In this document: positions 53,220-56,673 of the stretch, one piece after another
Layout of the letters: each line of letters starts with the position of its first letter
Position numbering within the stretch: the stretch's first letter is position 1
IMG/VR virus record: IMGVR_UViG_3300020050_012089
DNA: 56,673 nt
From: a virus
Strand: one strand, 5' to 3'
The notes under the pieces: model-generated
Told to the model about the DNA's origin: nothing
The model's input: the letters and a program-made list of their open reading frames with translations, nothing else
Database searches by the model: none
Translations under genes and position numbers: made by a program

Positions 53220-53684
53220 ATGAAACTTACATTAAAAGAACTATGGCCTGTAATATTAATCTATGCTGCATTAGCTATCATTAGCATGGAGGCAAGTGCA
53301 GAAAGTATAGAGTACAAGGACCTTCAGGTTATATTGGAAGTATCAAAAGAGTTTAAGCTTCAACCTGATAAATTATTACGTATAGCTTATGTAGAATCAC
53401 GCTTCAATCATAATGCAATTAGACAAAATAAGAATGGTACTATTGATGTGGGTATGATGCAAATTAACTCAGTGCATTGGACTACTACGTGTAAAGCGTT
53501 TGACATTTTAAAACTTAAAGGTAATGTGCAGTGTGCTGCGAAATTGTTGTCTATGCATAAGTTAAAAGCTTCTACAGATATGTACTGGATAGGTAGATAC
53601 TCTTCTAAGACTCCCAGTATTAAATTTAAGTACTATCAAAAACTACAAGCTGTACCTCCTATAAAAGTGGTATACAATGATTAA
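53220..53684 (+). CDS. secreted lytic transglycosylase (SLT domain)
   Basis: Signal peptide (AALAIISMEASA|E); catalytic-Glu context AYVESRFNHNAI and GMMQINS. Confidence 0.75.
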   Translation: MKLTLKELWPVILIYAALAIISMEASAESIEYKDLQVILEVSKEFKLQPDKLLRIAYVESRFNHNAIRQNKNGTIDVGMMQINSVHWTTTCKAFDILKLKGNVQCAAKLLSMHKLKASTDMYWIGRYSSKTPSIKFKYYQKLQAVPPIKVVYND

Positions 53685-54159
53685 AGTTAAATTAAAACAT
53701 GGAGTAGCTCTATTCGATGACTGTGATAAGAAGTTATTGGATACTTGGAAGATATTTTCTTGGGCTGATAATACAAATAAAACTATAAAACCTTATGTAA
53801 AAACTTGGGTATATATAGGAAACAAAAAAAATAAGGTAATGTATTTCCATAGAATACTAATAAATGCCAAGAATGGAGAAATGGTTGACCACATCAATGG
53901 AAATGGGTTAGACAATAGAAGAAACAATTTGAGAATAGTTAATGCATCTCAGAATGGTATGAATAAAAAATCTAAACTGGGAGTTAGTGGATTTACTGGA
54001 GTAACATTTTGTAAGTGTACTAATCGCTGGAGGGCTTGGATTGAAGCCTATGGATACAAATTATGTATGGGTAGATATAAAACAAAAGAAGAGGCTGCTG
54101 AAGCTAGACATTTTGCTGAAGCGTTTCTTCATGGAGAATACAGTTATGGGCAAAAATAA
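53677..54159 (+). CDS. HNH homing endonuclease with AP2 DNA-binding domain
   Basis: HNH_3-type DHINGNGLDNRRNNLRIVNASQN, followed by AP2-like SGFTGVTF...RWRAWIEAYGYKLCMGRYKTKEEAA. Confidence 0.85.
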   Translation: MIKVKLKHGVALFDDCDKKLLDTWKIFSWADNTNKTIKPYVKTWVYIGNKKNKVMYFHRILINAKNGEMVDHINGNGLDNRRNNLRIVNASQNGMNKKSKLGVSGFTGVTFCKCTNRWRAWIEAYGYKLCMGRYKTKEEAAEARHFAEAFLHGEYSYGQK

Positions 54160-54256
54160 ATACGAAGATATAGCTATAGTGGTTATAATTTTAGCAATTC
54201 TATTTACTATATCAAGATGTACAATAGTCATAGTTAGTGGAGGGAGTAGTTTATGA
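54146..54256 (+). CDS. small membrane peptide (36 aa)
   Basis: GGAGAA SD; hydrophobic IAIVVIILAILFTI; its stop is ATGA-coupled to the next gene. The longer track ORF from 54041 lies inside the HNH gene. Confidence 0.3.
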   Translation: MGKNKYEDIAIVVIILAILFTISRCTIVIVSGGSSL

Positions 54257-54486
54257 ATAGGAATTTAACAGATAGACAATTGCAGTTGCTTGAGATGGCA
54301 CAAAAAGGAATGAAGAATAGAGATATAGCACTAAAACTAGGATTAGCTGAGAAATCTATTAAAACATACTTTGGGCACATATATCAAAGGCTTGGAGTAA
54401 GAAATAAAAAAGAATTACTAAGTATGTATCAATCTGGGACTATGTTAGTACACACTAGAATATTACAAACTAAGATTAAAGTTTAG
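54253..54486 (+). CDS. stand-alone GerE/LuxR-type HTH regulator (77 aa)
   Basis: LTDRQLQLLEMAQKGMKNRDIALKLGLAEKSIKTYFGHIYQRLGVRNKKEL is a canonical LuxR C-terminal HTH. Confidence 0.75.
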   Translation: MNRNLTDRQLQLLEMAQKGMKNRDIALKLGLAEKSIKTYFGHIYQRLGVRNKKELLSMYQSGTMLVHTRILQTKIKV

Positions 54487-54503
54487 GGACCTTAGACCGA
54501 TAA
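54477..54503 (+). promoter_or_regulatory. sigma-28 (FliA)-type promoter: TAAAGTTT-N11-ACCGATAA
   Basis: 31 nt upstream of ATG 54534, with an AGGGGGA SD in between. Confidence 0.6.
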
Positions 54504-54533
54504 GTATATATAAGCTGTAAAACAGGGGGAAAT

Positions 54534-54695
54534 ATGAAATATACAATTATAGATAGAAGCACTGGTCAAAAGTTATTTAGCACGATTGATAGAAACAAAG
54601 CTGTAGTCTTTTTTGCAAGTTTAGAGAAGAATAAAGTTAATGCATCTTTATTTATCTGTAAAGCAGATGGTAAAGTATTGGCTAAGGTAGCTTAA
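54534..54695 (+). CDS. small hypothetical protein (53 aa)
   Basis: First ORF after the promoter at 54477..54503; below the track threshold. Confidence 0.35.
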   Translation: MKYTIIDRSTGQKLFSTIDRNKAVVFFASLEKNKVNASLFICKADGKVLAKVA

Positions 54696-54697
54696 AC

Positions 54698-54835
54698 ATG
54701 ACTATATACGAGGCAATACTTATAGGGCAAGATATGTTGCCTTATGCAATACAGGGTGCTGGGTTAGCTTTAGGTATACTGGTTAGTATATACAGCCTGC
54801 ACCTACTTATAAACGCAATTGTAAAAGGAGACTAA
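54698..54835 (+). CDS. small membrane protein (45 aa)
   Basis: Hydrophobic GAGLALGILVSIYSLHLLI; tightly packed between neighbours; below the track threshold. Confidence 0.3.
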   Translation: MTIYEAILIGQDMLPYAIQGAGLALGILVSIYSLHLLINAIVKGD

Positions 54836-54837
54836 GC

Positions 54838-55116
54838 ATGAACACGGTAGATTTATACCTGCTATTGAAGCTAATGAAGACTGAAGATTTTTTAATAATC
54901 AAAACTAATGCGGTTCAGTACCTAATTAACTCTGGACGCATAGATGAGGATGCTAGTGCGGCAGCTTGGGCTATAGCTGTAACCGATAGGTTAAACTATA
55001 TGCAAAATAAATTAGTTTCGGAAGCTAAGGCAACTGCTGAGGCCGAAGATGTGGCAGAAAAAGCTCAAGTCGAAGGTAGTCTATCTGGTGACAAGTTTGA
55101 CCCTTGGAATGCTTAG
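54838..55116 (+). CDS. hypothetical protein (92 aa)
   Basis: ORF with AAGGAG SD. Confidence 0.5.
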   Translation: MNTVDLYLLLKLMKTEDFLIIKTNAVQYLINSGRIDEDASAAAWAIAVTDRLNYMQNKLVSEAKATAEAEDVAEKAQVEGSLSGDKFDPWNA

Positions 55117-55216
55117 GTCATAAGATTTAGCACAAAGAAAAGAATAATAAAACGGAAGTCGTATAAACAAACGTAGTGCCTTTTAAGAACACTACAATTG
55201 AATTGGGGGATACAGT

Positions 55217-55420
55217 ATGCGCATGGTTACAACAAAGTATATATTGCACGCAGAAAACAAGGTAGAGGTGTATAATTACCATCTGGCTAATAAACTAAAC
55301 AAACTACTTGGTACATATCCTGAATATTTTTTTAAAGTTAGTCCTAAGGAGGAGCCTGTGTTTAAATTTACAGAAGCAGAATCAGCTAAAGTATTGAAAC
55401 TACTAAAGGAGACTGTATGA
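55217..55420 (+). CDS. hypothetical protein (67 aa)
   Basis: ORF with GGGGGA SD. Confidence 0.5.
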   Translation: MRMVTTKYILHAENKVEVYNYHLANKLNKLLGTYPEYFFKVSPKEEPVFKFTEAESAKVLKLLKETV

Positions 55421-55695
55421 AACACTTAAGTTTACCTCATACAAACCTAAGCTTTATAAATGAAAAGGCACGTAACTTCCACCTTATACAAGCCCATTTA
55501 GGGCAAGAAGTATATCAGGTTCATTCTGAGGGCATTGATGGGCTGTTTTATACTGGGGACGCATATGTAACGCTAAAGAACCTTATGTCCCATGAGGAAC
55601 GCCAAACCCATACTGCAACCCCCTTCAGCCCCGAGTTGGTGGCTCTTTTAGGCGGTACAATCCTTACTAGAGAGGATGTTTTGGGTATACTATAA
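55417..55695 (+). CDS. hypothetical protein (92 aa)
   Basis: ATGA-coupled ORF. Confidence 0.5.
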   Translation: MKHLSLPHTNLSFINEKARNFHLIQAHLGQEVYQVHSEGIDGLFYTGDAYVTLKNLMSHEERQTHTATPFSPELVALLGGTILTREDVLGIL

Positions 55696-55934
55696 GGAAA
55701 ACTTATGGGTGGTATAATATTAAGTAGGTGCTACAGCTCAAATGTAATACAGAGCACTTGGAAAGAAAGAGAAAATAAAATACAAAGACTCCTTCTATAT
55801 ATATACCTCCTCCCCTTTAAATTCTGGTACAAATAAGAGATTAATTTTCTTTACTTTCCTGTTTTTCAGTGCTATAACTAATATAAGTGGTAATGAAGCC
55901 ATTTTTAAAAAGTAACAAAAAGGATATAAGTAAA

Positions 55935-56673
55935 ATGCAGTCTAAAAATCTAGTTACCCCCATTTTTTACGCAACTGATTCTAAAAAGTTCTATGACTCC
56001 AAATTAGGGTCCGAAGTCACAGATAGTCAAATTGAAGTACTATTATTATTAAATGGAATTCCAAAAGAAGACATCGACAAGGCTAAATTAGAAATTGCTA
56101 TGGCAGGAAAGCCTTATAATGAGCATAGAGCTAAAAGAACTTTAGACGGAAAAATGAAACTAACTCCTAAACATGACCTAAAATTAAGATTAGACGGTGC
56201 TTACGCAGACTTAACCTTAATTATACCTATACTTTTCTTACATAAAACTGATGGTACTCATTTCGCTTTCAAAAAAATTAGCAAAAATGAAGTGTGTACA
56301 ATTAAGAATGTAGAATCCAGGTCACTAGCTACCGCTATATTGTCAGACGAAGTTATAGAACCCCAATTTAGAATTTATTATGAAGATTCCATAGTTATAC
56401 GCTCAAATATACTCTATAGTGAGTTTCTAGAGCAAATGGTAGAAAGAGCTAAGGTAGATGTAGAAAAGAGAATCTACAAAGACCCTAAAATCATAACATG
56501 GGATGAAAATGAGATTGCTTTTAAGTATTTTAACCCTGATGTGCTTACAGACGGAGCAACTCCATACTTTGATGACTTTTGTAACCGCTTAGGCCCCATT
56601 GGAAGCGACCTATTTAAAGCATGGTGCTGGTCTATCTTTGAACCTGGAAACAATTGTAGGCAAATGATGTGGA
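55935..56673 (+). CDS. SF3 (D5/P4-type) helicase, 5' part; continues at nt 122 (or equivalently nt 1) through the terminal repeat
   Basis: ATG 55935 with AAAGGA SD; open to the window end. Position 56553 is a codon start and equals position 1. Joined protein is about 514 aa. Confidence 0.7.
   Translation, partial: MQSKNLVTPIFYATDSKKFYDSKLGSEVTDSQIEVLLLLNGIPKEDIDKAKLEIAMAGKPYNEHRAKRTLDGKMKLTPKHDLKLRLDGAYADLTLIIPILFLHKTDGTHFAFKKISKNEVCTIKNVESRSLATAILSDEVIEPQFRIYYEDSIVIRSNILYSEFLEQMVERAKVDVEKRIYKDPKIITWDENEIAFKYFNPDVLTDGATPYFDDFCNRLGPIGSDLFKAWCWSIFEPGNNCRQMMW
56553..56673. repeat. Terminal direct repeat, copy 2 of 2
   Basis: Identical to 1..121. Confidence 0.9.

Noticed and set aside
55705-55845. 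46-codon ORF and an extended -10-like TGGTATAAT (55710..55718) in the 240-nt gap before the helicase gene
   Set aside because: The ORF has no SD and an implausible composition. The -10 has no -35 partner and is a single unsupported hit, so I did not call it, although a promoter for the replication genes somewhere in this gap is plausible.

Overview
The window is one complete dsDNA phage genome, assembled as a circle. The first 121 nt are identical to the last 121 nt, so the unique length is 56552 bp, and the junction falls inside a D5/P4-type SF3 helicase gene (55935..56673 joined to 1..927). Two transcription arms diverge from an ORF-poor control region at about 51.0-52.0 kb and meet tail to tail at 9115/9116. 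The plus arm (52001, through the junction, to 9115) carries small early genes, a secreted lytic transglycosylase, an HNH-AP2 endonuclease, a GerE/LuxR-type HTH protein and the replication module. That module comprises the SF3 helicase, an AEP-like primase, an exonuclease VIII-like PD-(D/E)XK nuclease, a family A DNA polymerase with 3'-5' exonuclease motifs and a second PD-(D/E)XK-like nuclease. The minus arm (51079 down to 9116) starts with many small, translationally coupled genes. It then carries an accessory island (membrane protein, collagen-like lipoprotein, orphan DNA methyltransferase, GerE/LuxR HTH, secreted subtilisin-like protease). After that come the packaging and head genes (TerL, portal, scaffold, major capsid, two ClpP-like proteases) and a podovirus-like tail block (a 984-aa tail protein, internal-virion-like proteins, three fibres). 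The arm ends with an M15 endolysin, a holin and a RusA-like resolvase. At least four free-standing homing endonuclease genes are present. I found no integrase, RNA polymerase, tRNA, CRISPR array or reverse transcriptase. The most notable signal is eight co-oriented copies of the flagellar sigma-28 (FliA) promoter consensus, TAAAGTTT-N11-(G/C)CCGATAA, placed upstream of early and accessory genes and of a ~550-nt ORF-free segment. Other notable items are a 36-unit hexanucleotide repeat encoding a (Gly-Tyr/Asp/Asn) protein, a fibre cassette bracketed by homing endonucleases that splits the lysis module, a repeat-rich control region, and a separate conserved late-gene motif. All functional calls rest on motifs read by eye; no database searches were possible.
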